Shown here: in pieces, positions 9,212 to 19,595 of the stretch
How the letters are laid out: every line of letters begins with the position of its first letter
Position numbering within the stretch: position 1 is the stretch's first letter
Assembly (NCBI GenBank): GCA_963710755.1
Contig: CAVQBK010000003.1
Coordinates: 768,001-832,000, forward strand
DNA length: 64,000 bases
Reading direction: 5' to 3'
Origin: an uncultured bacterium
GTDB lineage: Bacteria > Oederibacteriota > JAAXVQ01 > JAUVAV01
Made by a program: the position numbers and the translations under genes
Notes under the pieces: generated by a model
Databases searched by the model: none
What the model saw: the letters and a program-made list of their open reading frames with translations, nothing else
What the model was told of the DNA's origin: nothing

Positions 9212-11458
9212 ATGTCCAACCGATTCAAATCCACTTTGTTTGCCATCCTGACGATCGGTCTGCTATGCTGGCCGCAGCTGGCCCAAAGTGCGGAAACCAG
9301 AAGACAACAGTTTATTCTTGGCGACAATACGGAACGAATTTTTATCGAAGGCATTCGCCCCATGGGTATGGGGGGCGCTTTTACCGCGGTGGCCGATGAC
9401 GAAAACGCCCTTTTCTACAACCCTGCCGGACTGGCCCGTCTGGAGTACTGGCGGTTTACATTTCCCAAAATTCTGGTGGGCACGGACATTAAGTCCTATG
9501 ACAATTTGATTTATCTGCTCGGTCACTATAATGATGTCATGAAACTCTCCGGCGGGTCCTTGAGTCCGGATCAACAGGCCGAACTGGCCGATGTGATCGA
9601 CCGGCTTTCCAACACCCGTATTCATAATTTAATGCAGTACAGTATGACTTACATTCAGCCTCACTTTGGTTTTGGGCTGTATCTTTTTGACGATAATCTG
9701 CTGGAAACCGGGGCTATCCTGTTCCCGGAAGCCAATTGGAATGTGCGCGCCGGCTTTATTCCCAACTTCTCCTTTGGCTGGGGCTGGGATGTGCCTCAAT
9801 TTGGCTACCTAGCTTTTGGCTTGGGGTTCAAAGGTATTATTCAGGCTAAGAGCATGCAGGAAAACGTGTCGGCTTTTGCACTGGGGGATGTGCCCATGGA
9901 AATGCAGTGGGGCGCGGGTTTTGATCTGGGATTTTTATATGAACCCACCAAGGAACTAAGCTTTGCCGTGGTCATGGCCGATTTGTATACCCAGGTAATG
10001 AACGAGGTCCAGGTGCCCAATTTGAAAGTGGGGTTTGCCTACAAACCATGGTGGATGCAATATGAAGATTTGCAGACCACCTTGGCACTGGATGTGGTGG
10101 AACTTAATTGGCAAGGCGATAATGAATTCAAGAACAGCAAGAATAACGCGGCCTTAATTAATTTTTCCAAATTACGCGTAGGGGTGGAATTTGTGCTTTC
10201 CGGTTTGGTGGCCTTGCGCGGAGGTATGTATCAAGGTTACCCCACTGCGGGTATCTCCCTGCAAACGGGCTTTATCAATCTTGACTGGGCTTATTTTGCC
10301 AAGGAATTGGGCACCTATCCCGGACAAAATCCGGAATGGAATCAGCGATTGTCCATTGACTGGCATACAGGATCCAAAATGGCACCTACGGCTACGCCAA
10401 CACCCACGGTCACCATGACCGCTACACCCACAGCCACGGTAACAGCCACGCCCACCAAACGACCGACACCGCAACCTACCTTGAGCGGCCGGGTGCCAAC
10501 ATTAAAAGGTACTTTCGTGGGCTTTAAAGGCACCATTGAAATCGTACCCAAAATGGACGAGGATCCGGGCGATGTCACCAGCTGGGCCATGACCATCAGT
10601 GATCCTAAAGGACGAATCTTAAAAACTTACCGGGGCCGCGGCACACCTCCCAAGAGCTTTACTTGGAATGCCATGGTGCATAAGCGCAGGGTATCGTCCA
10701 AAAATCAATATCCGTTTAAATTGGTGTTGAACACCCCCCAAGGAGCCAAAGTCATCGCCGGTAAGGTGATTATTGTGGATACCATTCCCAAGCTCTATAC
10801 CAGTAAAAATTATGAAGTCTATCCAGACAAGGTCTATTTCTCCATCAAGGAACCCTTGCAGGATGTCAAGAACTGGAAGCTGGATATCTTTAACAGCGCC
10901 AATACGGTGATCCGGACCTATCAAACCAAGGAAAAACTGTTTACAGCTTTTGCTTGGGACGCTAAGGACGAAGAGGGTATGGTGGTTCCCAACAATGCTT
11001 ATTACCACTATGTTCTCAGTATCAATGACAAAGACGATAACCAGATTATTATACGGGATAAACTGCGGCCGGTATTGGGCAAGGTTTATCCCAACGAAAA
11101 CCGCACCACCATTAAAATTGGGGGCATACTTTTTGATACAGGTAAAGCTTACCTGACAGCAGAGATGTTCGACAAGGTCATTAAGAGTGCCTATATCATT
11201 CTCGATGAACCCAATGCCGAAATCTCGCTGGAAGGGCATACGGATTCCACGGGCTCCAAACGCACCAATATGCGCTTGTCCTTGGTCCGGGCGGAATCAG
11301 TACGACGTTTCTTGGTGGATCAGCAGCGAGTACCTGATTATCAATTGAGCATTAAAGGCTGGGGACCAACCCGACCCGTGGCCAGTAACCGTACGGCTGC
11401 CGGTCGTACCAAAAATCGGCGTACGGAAGTGATCATTCGTACCCCGTTGCAGCCCTAG
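9212..11458 (+). CDS. Outer-membrane protein: FadL/PorV/TraF-like barrel, Thr/Pro linker, FlgD-like Ig domains, OmpA-like domain
   Basis: RPMGMGGAFTAVADDENALFYNPAGLA; (TP/TA)n linker; W.L.I...IRTY...F.WD.KD..G motif; ILFDTGKA, EGHTDSTG, LSLVRAESV, NRRTEV. Confidence 0.8.
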   Translation: MSNRFKSTLFAILTIGLLCWPQLAQSAETRRQQFILGDNTERIFIEGIRPMGMGGAFTAVADDENALFYNPAGLARLEYWRFTFPKILVGTDIKSYDNLIYLLGHYNDVMKLSGGSLSPDQQAELADVIDRLSNTRIHNLMQYSMTYIQPHFGFGLYLFDDNLLETGAILFPEANWNVRAGFIPNFSFGWGWDVPQFGYLAFGLGFKGIIQAKSMQENVSAFALGDVPMEMQWGAGFDLGFLYEPTKELSFAVVMADLYTQVMNEVQVPNLKVGFAYKPWWMQYEDLQTTLALDVVELNWQGDNEFKNSKNNAALINFSKLRVGVEFVLSGLVALRGGMYQGYPTAGISLQTGFINLDWAYFAKELGTYPGQNPEWNQRLSIDWHTGSKMAPTATPTPTVTMTATPTATVTATPTKRPTPQPTLSGRVPTLKGTFVGFKGTIEIVPKMDEDPGDVTSWAMTISDPKGRILKTYRGRGTPPKSFTWNAMVHKRRVSSKNQYPFKLVLNTPQGAKVIAGKVIIVDTIPKLYTSKNYEVYPDKVYFSIKEPLQDVKNWKLDIFNSANTVIRTYQTKEKLFTAFAWDAKDEEGMVVPNNAYYHYVLSINDKDDNQIIIRDKLRPVLGKVYPNENRTTIKIGGILFDTGKAYLTAEMFDKVIKSAYIILDEPNAEISLEGHTDSTGSKRTNMRLSLVRAESVRRFLVDQQRVPDYQLSIKGWGPTRPVASNRTAAGRTKNRRTEVIIRTPLQP

Positions 11459-11551
11459 CATGGTGGACAACGGGTGACCGGGTATCCCGTGCTTTTGGGA
11501 CCAGAAAGTGCACAAAAGACGGCCATATCGTAACTGATCAGCAGCTCTATT

Positions 11552-11593
11552 AAGCCTGTCCCTGGACCAAAGATTCGGGACAGGCTTTTTTTT
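11552..11593 (+). terminator. Intrinsic terminator
   Basis: AAGCCTGTCCC...GGGACAGGCTT running into a T tract. Confidence 0.85.
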
Positions 11594-11709
11594 GACCAAG
11601 ACTGGTCGACAGACTCCAACCTGTGTTAGAATAGCCCCCAAAAAAACAGGCTCAAACACGCAGTTCTTCCTTTTGGGATAACAGCAGCAGCCGGAAGTGA
11701 CTAAACCTC

Positions 11710-13548
11710 ATGGACCTTTATTTGCGATTGTTGAAGTATGTCAAACCTTATACGATGCGCGCCATTTCCGCATTGATTTGTCTGGCTATGGTGGCGGCCT
11801 TGACAGCCCTGGGGTTGTATTTGCTGAAACCGGTTATTGATAAAATCCTGAGCAATACAGACAAAGCCCAGGCCTTGTTTTATTTGCATTTGTTGCCGGC
11901 GGCGGTGCTGATCACCTATCTTTTAAAAGGTCTGGCCACCTACGGTCAGGATTATTTGATTAATAATTTGGGCAACCGCATCATGATGGATATTCGCAAT
12001 CAATTATTCCGGCATATTTTGGGCAGGGAACTGGGTTTTTTCCATAATCAGCGCAGTGGCATGCTCATGTCCCGCATCACTTACGATGTGGCTATGATGC
12101 AGTCGGCAGTTTCCAATGTGCTGGGCCGTCTGGTGGGATCGCTGTTGAACATCATTGGTCTGATCGGCCTGATTTTTTATTTGGACTGGAAACTGGCGAT
12201 TATTTCCTTGTCCATTTTTCCTTTGGCCGTCTATCCCATTGTATACATCGGGAAAACGTTGCGAAAGATTTCCAAGGATGCCCAGGCTAAGATGGCTGAT
12301 GTGACCACTGTGCTGCACGAAACCTTCAGCGGCATTCGGGTGGTCAAAGCTTTTGCCATGGAGCACCGGGAAATGGAACGCTTCCGCAGAGAATTAAGCA
12401 AACATTTTGACTTGATCATGCGCGCCCTGCGCAAAACCGCCATCTCCAGTCCGCTCATGGAATTTATCGGCGTCATTGGTATCAGCATCATGATCGTCTG
12501 GTCGGGAAGCCAGGTCATTAAAGGGCTCTCCACAGTGGGGACCTTTTTTGCCTTTTTGACGGGATTGTTTTCGCTCTATCCTCAGGTTAAAAGCATTGCC
12601 GGCATTAATAATACCATCCAGCAAGCGCTGGCCGCCGCGACGCGGGTGTTTGAAGTACTTGATGAGCCACCGGCGGTCACCGACAGTCCTGACGCCCGCC
12701 CGATGTCGACTTTGAAGCAAGGCATTGAATTTCAGCAGGTGAGTTTTGGCTATACTGCCGACAAATTGGTCCTGGAAGACATTGATATTAAGGTCAAGGC
12801 CGGTGAGATTGCGGCGATTGTCGGACGTTCCGGTGCCGGTAAAACCACGCTGGTCGATCTTATTCCCCGCTTTGCTGATGTCCATGCGGGCCGGATTTTG
12901 CTGGACCGCCAGGATATCCGTTCGGTGACCACCTCCTCGTTGCGTAAAATGATCGGGTTGGTCACGCAGGAAACCGTGCTCTTCAACGATACCATTCGCA
13001 ACAACATTGCCTACGGCAAACCTGAAGCCGCCGATGAGGAAGTGATACAGGCAGCCATCACCGCCAACGCCCATGGCTTTATTATGCAAACCAGAGAGGG
13101 GTATGATACGCTGATCGGGGAACGGGGAGTTAAACTTTCCGGCGGTCAGCGCCAACGTCTGGCCATTGCCCGGGCGGTTCTTAAAAATCCACCGATTCTA
13201 ATATTAGATGAAGCCACATCAGCCCTGGATACGGAATCAGAACGATTGATTCAGGATGCTTTGGAAAAATTAATGGCCCATCGCACCACTTTTGTAATTG
13301 CCCATCGTCTTTCCACGGTGCAACATGCCCATCAGATCATCGTGATTGACAATGGCCGCATTGCCGAACGGGGCCGTCATCAAGAACTGATGCGGCGTGA
13401 TGGGATCTATAAGAAATTGGTACGCATGCAATTTGGGATGAAAAAAACCAAAGCTGCCCGGCCTGCCGTCAAGTCCAGAGTTGCCAAAAAAGCCCCGGCC
13501 CGGGCCAAAGCCGTTAAGGGCGTCCGGCGTCCAAGCCGGCGTGCCTAA
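11710..13548 (+). CDS. msbA: Lipid A export ABC transporter MsbA-like
   Basis: Six-TM domain plus GRSGAGKT, LSGGQRQR, ILDEATSALD; sits in an LPS cluster. Confidence 0.85.
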   Translation: MDLYLRLLKYVKPYTMRAISALICLAMVAALTALGLYLLKPVIDKILSNTDKAQALFYLHLLPAAVLITYLLKGLATYGQDYLINNLGNRIMMDIRNQLFRHILGRELGFFHNQRSGMLMSRITYDVAMMQSAVSNVLGRLVGSLLNIIGLIGLIFYLDWKLAIISLSIFPLAVYPIVYIGKTLRKISKDAQAKMADVTTVLHETFSGIRVVKAFAMEHREMERFRRELSKHFDLIMRALRKTAISSPLMEFIGVIGISIMIVWSGSQVIKGLSTVGTFFAFLTGLFSLYPQVKSIAGINNTIQQALAAATRVFEVLDEPPAVTDSPDARPMSTLKQGIEFQQVSFGYTADKLVLEDIDIKVKAGEIAAIVGRSGAGKTTLVDLIPRFADVHAGRILLDRQDIRSVTTSSLRKMIGLVTQETVLFNDTIRNNIAYGKPEAADEEVIQAAITANAHGFIMQTREGYDTLIGERGVKLSGGQRQRLAIARAVLKNPPILILDEATSALDTESERLIQDALEKLMAHRTTFVIAHRLSTVQHAHQIIVIDNGRIAERGRHQELMRRDGIYKKLVRMQFGMKKTKAARPAVKSRVAKKAPARAKAVKGVRRPSRRA

Positions 13549-13569
13549 ACCAGGAGGAGTAGGTCAACG

Positions 13570-14154
13570 ATGACACCCAAACGAAAAGCGGTTTTTCTGG
13601 ATCGCGATGGGACTATCATAGAGGAGGCCAATTATTTGGCCGATCCGGACGGGGTACGTCTTCTCGATGGTGCGGCCAAAGGGATCCAGATGTTGAAAGA
13701 GGCCGGGTATTTTATCGTGGTCACCACCAATCAATCGGGTGTGGCCCGCGGTTATTTTTCCGAGGAAACCCTGCGGCAAGTGAATGAACGTATGCGGGTC
13801 CACTTGCGGGAAGAAGGTACGGACATTGACGCGCTTTACTACTGTCCCCATTACGAACAAGGAAGTCTGGAAGAGTTTGCCTTGGCTTGTGAATGTCGTA
13901 AACCTTTACCGGGCATGATCCATCAGGCCAGCCGTGAACATGAGCTGGACTTGTATCAAAGCTGGGTCATCGGCGATAAAACCGCTGATATTGAATTCGG
14001 CCGGGCTGTGGATTGCAGGACCGTGCTGGTGCTGACCGGTTATGGTCAGCAAACCAAAGCCCAGGGATTTGCACAGGACCGGCGCCCTACGCTGGTGGTG
14101 AAAAATTTGAGCGCCGCGGCAGTGACTATTCTGGCCAGCGGCGAACGTCGCTAG
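13570..14154 (+). CDS. gmhB: D-glycero-D-manno-heptose 1,7-bisphosphate phosphatase
   Basis: FLDRDGTI, TNQSGVARG, YCPH...CECRKP.PGM, IGDK. Confidence 0.92.
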   Translation: MTPKRKAVFLDRDGTIIEEANYLADPDGVRLLDGAAKGIQMLKEAGYFIVVTTNQSGVARGYFSEETLRQVNERMRVHLREEGTDIDALYYCPHYEQGSLEEFALACECRKPLPGMIHQASREHELDLYQSWVIGDKTADIEFGRAVDCRTVLVLTGYGQQTKAQGFAQDRRPTLVVKNLSAAAVTILASGERR

Positions 14155-14158
14155 GGTC

Positions 14159-15223
14159 ATGGCCGCCAGTTTCCAACGTCTTCTGGTCTGCCGGACCGAT
14201 GCCCTTGGCGATGCGATCCTGACCTTGCCCTTGTTACAGGCCTTGAAAAAAAATATTCCCCAAGCCAAGCTCACCTTTTTGGTTTCTCCGGTTACAGCGC
14301 CTCTTTTTCATGATCTCCCTTGCATTGACCAGCTTTGGGTGTACGATCCGCAAGGCCAACATCAGGGCGGGCCTGGCTTCAGGCAGCTGGTGCGGTCCAT
14401 ACAAGCCGAACGCTTTGAAGCTGTACTGATGGTTTACCCCGACCGCCGTCTGAGCTGGGCCATGGTTAGGGCGGCTGTGCCCCGGCGTGTAGGTACGGGC
14501 CGGCGTTGGTGGTCGTGGATGTACACGCTCAGGCTGAAGCATAGCCGCAAAACGGTCACTAAACATGAAGCGGATTATAATTTAGATTTGCTGAGGGTCC
14601 TGGGTTTTTCGGCAACCTTGGAACACCCTGAGCTGAAGGTGCGCAAGGCTCAGTTGGATGAAGTCAACCATCGTTTGCAGGCCCTTGGCCATCACCCGGG
14701 CCATCCGCTGATAGTGGTGCATGCCGGAGGCCGGGGATCAGCGGCCAATTGGCAGCCTGAGGCTTACGCAGCCTTGGTGGCTAAATTGATGGCCAAGGTG
14801 AAGGGTACCATCCTTCTGACCGGCACAGGTGCCGAGCTGGCACTGGCCGACCGGATAGCCACTCTGGCTGGCCGTGAAGCTACTGGGGAAAAGCCGAGTC
14901 AAGTAGTCGTGATGCGACCACCGGTAGCCTTGGAACAGCTGCCGGCCTTGCTGGCCTCCAGCACCATGGTGGTTTGCGGCAATACAGGACCCATGCACAT
15001 TGCTGCTGCCGTGGGGACGCCCCTGGCAGCGATCTTTCCCCCGGCTGGGGTTACTGGTCCCAAACGCTGGGGTCCCTTAGCCAATGAGGCCATGGTCTTT
15101 ACCCCTGCCAGTGATGATGCCCAAGCGTTCCGTCATGGCATTAGTGCGGTTCAGCTGGACCCGGAGATGGTAGCTGGAAAAATCCTGCAATGGCTCCAGA
15201 CGCATCAAGGAGCAGACTTATGA
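14159..15223 (+). CDS. Glycosyltransferase family 9 (LPS heptosyltransferase-like)
   Basis: RTDALGDAILTLP, GNTGPMHIAAAVGTP, RWGP. Confidence 0.9.
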   Translation: MAASFQRLLVCRTDALGDAILTLPLLQALKKNIPQAKLTFLVSPVTAPLFHDLPCIDQLWVYDPQGQHQGGPGFRQLVRSIQAERFEAVLMVYPDRRLSWAMVRAAVPRRVGTGRRWWSWMYTLRLKHSRKTVTKHEADYNLDLLRVLGFSATLEHPELKVRKAQLDEVNHRLQALGHHPGHPLIVVHAGGRGSAANWQPEAYAALVAKLMAKVKGTILLTGTGAELALADRIATLAGREATGEKPSQVVVMRPPVALEQLPALLASSTMVVCGNTGPMHIAAAVGTPLAAIFPPAGVTGPKRWGPLANEAMVFTPASDDAQAFRHGISAVQLDPEMVAGKILQWLQTHQGADL

Positions 15224-16365
15224 ATTATGCATGGCTGACGGTGCTGGTAGCCTTATTGGCTGGAGGATGTGCTACGGGCAGAACGGAATTTAAAGTAATT
15301 CATCAGGAACGTCCCCAACCCCCTGCTTCTGCAGCCCCGGTGGTTAAAGAGGCTTCCAGACCCACGGCTGTTCCGGCTTTCCAGGATCAAACGCAGGCTA
15401 ATGCTTCCTCGGGCAAGATGATCAAGGTCACGGTTAAGGCCGGCGACACCCTAAGTGGTCTTTGCCTGCAGCTACTGGGACGGGCCAGGTTATATCCGCA
15501 AGTGGCTGCGGCCAACCAACTTTCCAATCCTGACCTGATTTATCCGGGGCAGGTGATCGTGTTTGCAGCAGGTCGGGAAAAAGGGGCGCCCTCCACGCCC
15601 GCAGCACCTACGCCCGCCTTAGTCTCCGAAACGGTCGCCGTGTCACCGGCCGCCAGCAGTGCTTCACCAGCTTATCCTCAGGTAGAGCAAAAGGCGTTTG
15701 CTCCCGGCGAGAAGTTAACCTTTGCCGTGGAGTATTTGGGCATTGCCGCAGGGTATGCCACCCTAAGTGTTGAAAACGGCATGTCAATCGAAAACCGGCC
15801 GACCTACCATCTGGTGGCCACGGCCAGAACCCACCCGGCCTTTGAATGGTTTTACGTCGTGCGTGACCGTATCGAATCCTACATGGACAAGCAGGGGTTA
15901 TTTTCTTGGCGCTATGAAAAGCATTTGCGTGAAGGCGGCTACAAAAATGATACGGTGCTGGCCTACCGCCAGTTGGAACAAAAGGTCAGCACCCTCGATG
16001 GCAAACGGGAGGTGGAAGCCCCGGCTTGGTGCCAGGATGTGCTCTCTGAGTTTTATTATTTCCGCGCCCTGCCCTTGGTGCCCGGACAAACCCTGACCAT
16101 TCCCGTGCTGGCTGACGACCTGAAAAGTTATGAACTGGTCGTCAAGGTTCAGGGCCGGGAAAAGATCACCGTGCCGGCCGGCACCTTTCAGTGCCTTAAG
16201 GTCGAACCCTTTTTAAAATTTGAAGGGTTGTTTAAACATCAGGGCCAATTGCATATTTGGGTGACCGATGACCAACGTAAGGTGCCGGTGCTCATCCGCA
16301 GCAAAATTGTGATCGGGTCCATTGACATCGTGCTGCGCGATGCCGTGGTGGTGGAGGTGGAATAA
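15220..16365 (+). CDS. Lipoprotein with LysM and DUF3108 domains
   Basis: Lipobox LAGGC; VKAGDTLS...ANQLSNPDLIYPGQ (LysM); GEKLTF..., ITVPAGTF.C, IWVTDD.RKVPV (DUF3108). Confidence 0.8.
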   Translation: MNYAWLTVLVALLAGGCATGRTEFKVIHQERPQPPASAAPVVKEASRPTAVPAFQDQTQANASSGKMIKVTVKAGDTLSGLCLQLLGRARLYPQVAAANQLSNPDLIYPGQVIVFAAGREKGAPSTPAAPTPALVSETVAVSPAASSASPAYPQVEQKAFAPGEKLTFAVEYLGIAAGYATLSVENGMSIENRPTYHLVATARTHPAFEWFYVVRDRIESYMDKQGLFSWRYEKHLREGGYKNDTVLAYRQLEQKVSTLDGKREVEAPAWCQDVLSEFYYFRALPLVPGQTLTIPVLADDLKSYELVVKVQGREKITVPAGTFQCLKVEPFLKFEGLFKHQGQLHIWVTDDQRKVPVLIRSKIVIGSIDIVLRDAVVVEVE

Positions 16366-16728
16366 GCACCGGCCGGAGTGGGGAATGGACCTTAAGCTCG
16401 ATGAGGGTTCATCGCCCATGCAGCATTTTGTAAGGTGGTGCCGGTGAAGAAAAAAGATTCACCAGCAAGGTACTAAGGATCGCTAAGAAAGGCCGGTGGA
16501 AAAGTATTCTAACAAGGTCTTAATCTTTCTTGTCGAGCTTGGCGGTAGCAATGACATTTATTTCCGACCTTGCCGGTTTAGAGAGACGTGGCAACACGCG
16601 TTATCATCCGCGTTGGGCATTCCGCATAAAAAATCATAGCCAAAAAAACATAAATCCATATAATAAAGGCCATCTTGGATTTCCGCTGGCCCTTTCCGGC
16701 CTCATTGCCAACCATAAGGAGTTTGTCC

Positions 16729-17328
16729 ATGAACCGCTTGGAAGAAATGGCACGACAGGAACTTGCTGAGGGCATTGCCCTGCGGCAGCAAGCAACAGAG
16801 CAGTTTCCCCGTTTTCTGGAGCAGGCTGCCCGTCTGATGGCCGAGGCCATCCAGAAGGGACACAAGATTCTCATTTGCGGTAATGGCGGCTCCGCCGCGG
16901 ATGCTCAGCATTATGCCACTGAACTGGTGGCCCGGTTATACCAACGGGAGCGTCCGGCCATGGCCGCGGTTGCGCTGACCACCGACACATCGGCCTTGAC
17001 AGCCCTGGCCAATGATTATGGCTTTGAACATGTTTTTTCCAGACAGGTGGAGGCCTTGGGCCAGCCTGGCGATGTACTCTGGGGCCTCAGTACCTCCGGC
17101 AATTCCGTCAATGTGCTTAAAGCCATGGCCACAGCCCGTGAACGGCAAATGCACATCGTTGTCTTCACCGGGCAAGGCGGGCAAATGGATGTTCAGGCGG
17201 ATGTTGCCCTGGCCGTGGCCTCGCGTAACACCATGCGCATTCAGGAGATTCATTTGGCACTGGGGCATGTGATGTGCAAATTGATTGAAGAGTTGGTCTT
17301 TCCCCGCCTGGAAGGAGCTTCAGCATGA
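16729..17328 (+). CDS. gmhA: Phosphoheptose isomerase
   Basis: CGNGGSAADAQH, ANDYG, STSGNS, RIQEIH. Confidence 0.95.
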   Translation: MNRLEEMARQELAEGIALRQQATEQFPRFLEQAARLMAEAIQKGHKILICGNGGSAADAQHYATELVARLYQRERPAMAAVALTTDTSALTALANDYGFEHVFSRQVEALGQPGDVLWGLSTSGNSVNVLKAMATARERQMHIVVFTGQGGQMDVQADVALAVASRNTMRIQEIHLALGHVMCKLIEELVFPRLEGASA

Positions 17329-18329
17329 GAAATGTCAAGGCGGCTCGCTTAAAACGCCTGGTGCAGGGTTTTAGCGGTAAAACCATTCTGGTGGTGGGTG
17401 ACATCATGCTGGACCGGTACATCTGGGGTAAAGTAGAACGGATTTCCCCGGAAGCCCCTATTCCGGTGGTGCATGTGCAACGGGAATCGGATTTGGCCGG
17501 CGGTGCGGCCAATGTCGCCAACAATCTGTGCGCTCTCGGTGGCCAGGTGTTGCTGGCCGGCGTGATTGGCCAGGATGGGCAGGGTACTGAAATTCTGCGT
17601 CTGTTGCGCCGGGAAGGGGTGGCCACCAAATTGATTGTGCAAGATAGCGGGCGGCCGACCATTTCCAAAACCAGAGTTATCGCTCACTCCCAGCAGGTGG
17701 TGCGTATTGATCATGAAAACCCGCACCCCATTGATGCGGAATTGGAAAAGACCCTGTTGAAAAAAATTAAAACCGCCATACCCAAGGTGGATGCCGTCAT
17801 TTTGTCGGACTATAATAAAGGCCTGCTGACGCCGAGTTTATGCGCCGAAGTCATTGCCATGGCCAATCACTATCATAAGATTATAACCGGTGATCCCAAG
17901 CCGGAGAACATCGGCAATTTTGTGGGCCTAACCTTGATCTCGCCCAACCAGATGGAAGCCGAGAAAGCTTCCCAAATGAAGATCAAGGACCGGCACTCGC
18001 TCAAAGTTGCCGGCCAACGCCTGCTGGAGCAGCTTAATTGTGAAGCCATCTTAATCACCCGGGGAGAAGAAGGCATGGCTTTGTTCGAGCGTCAGGCCGG
18101 CTTTTCTGATATTCATACCGTGGCCCGGGAAGTCTATGATGTCTCCGGGGCCGGCGACACGGTGATCTCCACGCTCACGCTAGCCCTGGCCAGCGGTGCC
18201 AATTTTAAGGAAGCCGCTGTAGCGGCCAATTGTGCGGCGGGCATTACGGTGGCTGAGGTTGGCGTAGCCACCACCAATCAAAAAGAACTGAGCAAAAGAA
18301 TTGGAGAAGAACCTTGGAAGTCATCTTAA
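17325..18329 (+). CDS. rfaE1: Heptose-7-phosphate kinase (HldE domain I / HldA)
   Basis: VGDIMLDRY, RISPEAPIPVV, DVSGAGDTV. Confidence 0.93.
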   Translation: MRNVKAARLKRLVQGFSGKTILVVGDIMLDRYIWGKVERISPEAPIPVVHVQRESDLAGGAANVANNLCALGGQVLLAGVIGQDGQGTEILRLLRREGVATKLIVQDSGRPTISKTRVIAHSQQVVRIDHENPHPIDAELEKTLLKKIKTAIPKVDAVILSDYNKGLLTPSLCAEVIAMANHYHKIITGDPKPENIGNFVGLTLISPNQMEAEKASQMKIKDRHSLKVAGQRLLEQLNCEAILITRGEEGMALFERQAGFSDIHTVAREVYDVSGAGDTVISTLTLALASGANFKEAAVAANCAAGITVAEVGVATTNQKELSKRIGEEPWKSS

Positions 18330-18832
18330 GCATACCCCGCGATCCCCGATCCAAAATTATGTCCCAGGAGGAGGCCGCCCAAACCGTCAAGCGTTGGAAG
18401 ACCCAGGCACGCGTACCTGTGTTTACCAACGGCTGCTTTGATATTTTACACCAAGGCCATGTGACCTATCTTCATCAGGCCCGCCTCTTGGGCGATGCCA
18501 TGGTGGTGGGCATCAACAGTGATGCTTCGGTGGCCAGGATTAAAGGTCCCAAGCGGCCGATTCTTTCCCAACAGGAGCGGGCCGAATTGGTGGCAGCCCT
18601 GGAATGCGTGGATCTGGTGGTGATTTTCGAAGAAGATAATCCGGGCAGTCTGATTGCGCGCTTGGAACCGCTTATTCTGGTCAAGGGCGCTGATTGGCCC
18701 AAGGACCAAGTCATCGGCCGGGAGACCGTGGAGGCTTTGGGCGGGGAAGTGAAGTCCATTCCTCTGGTGGAAGGCCGCAGCACCACCGGCATTATTGACC
18801 TTATCCTCAGCCGTTACGGTCAGGAAGGCTAG
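18314..18832 (+). CDS. rfaE2: Heptose-1-phosphate adenylyltransferase (HldE domain II / HldC)
   Basis: FTNGCFDILHQGH, INSDASV..IKGPKRP, STTGII; start may be 18359. Confidence 0.93.
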   Translation: MEVILSIPRDPRSKIMSQEEAAQTVKRWKTQARVPVFTNGCFDILHQGHVTYLHQARLLGDAMVVGINSDASVARIKGPKRPILSQQERAELVAALECVDLVVIFEEDNPGSLIARLEPLILVKGADWPKDQVIGRETVEALGGEVKSIPLVEGRSTTGIIDLILSRYGQEG

Positions 18833-18839
18833 GCCGGGC

Positions 18840-19586
18840 ATGCGTGTGATCGGCATCATTCCGGCGCGTTTTGGCGCCAGCCGCCTGCCGGGCAAACCGC
18901 TGGCGATGATCAATGGAAGGCCCTTGATTGAACATGTATGGCGCCGGGCCGGCAAGGCCAAAAGCCTTAACCGGCTGATCGTGGCCACTGATGATGAGCG
19001 TATTAAAACGGTTGTGGAAGCCTTCGGCGGGGAAGCCATGATGACTCCCGCGGCTTGCGCCTCCGGCACGGACCGACTTGCCAAGGTCGTGGAGCGCATC
19101 CCTTGCGATGTGGTGGTGAATATTCAGGGTGATGAACCTTTTCTTATTCCGCAATATCTGGATAAAGTAGTGGCCCCTTTTCAAGCCGATCATCGGCTGT
19201 TGATGGCCACGCTGGCGGCGCCCCTGCCGCCGGAAGATCTGCACAATCCCAATGCTGTCAAAGTGGTTATTGATCGCGAAGCCTATGCACTTTATTTTTC
19301 ACGTGCTCCCATTCCTTTTTCCCGAGATGGTGATCACAGCGGGGGCGCAGCCCAACCCAGATTGCATTTGGGCATCTATGCGTACCACCGCAGTTTTTTA
19401 CTGAGGTTTGCCCAACTGCCACATACCCCCTTGGAGCTGACGGAGAAATTGGAACAACTGCGCGCCCTGGAGCATGGTATCCGGATTAAAGTGGTACCCG
19501 TGCGCCGGGCCACGCTTTCCGTGGATACGCCGGAAGACCTCGTCTGCGCCGTGGCAATGATGAACAAACGCAAATCTCAGTCTTAG
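18840..19586 (+). CDS. kdsB: 3-deoxy-manno-octulosonate cytidylyltransferase
   Basis: IPARFGASRLPGKPL, SGTDR, NIQGDEP, EKLEQLRALE. Confidence 0.96.
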   Translation: MRVIGIIPARFGASRLPGKPLAMINGRPLIEHVWRRAGKAKSLNRLIVATDDERIKTVVEAFGGEAMMTPAACASGTDRLAKVVERIPCDVVVNIQGDEPFLIPQYLDKVVAPFQADHRLLMATLAAPLPPEDLHNPNAVKVVIDREAYALYFSRAPIPFSRDGDHSGGAAQPRLHLGIYAYHRSFLLRFAQLPHTPLELTEKLEQLRALEHGIRIKVVPVRRATLSVDTPEDLVCAVAMMNKRKSQS

Positions 19587-19595
19587 AGGCATCCC

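Noticed and set aside
16366-16728. Intergenic gap and 79-98 aa ORFs before gmhA
   Set aside because: No RBS or motif; probably promoter DNA with one small hairpin
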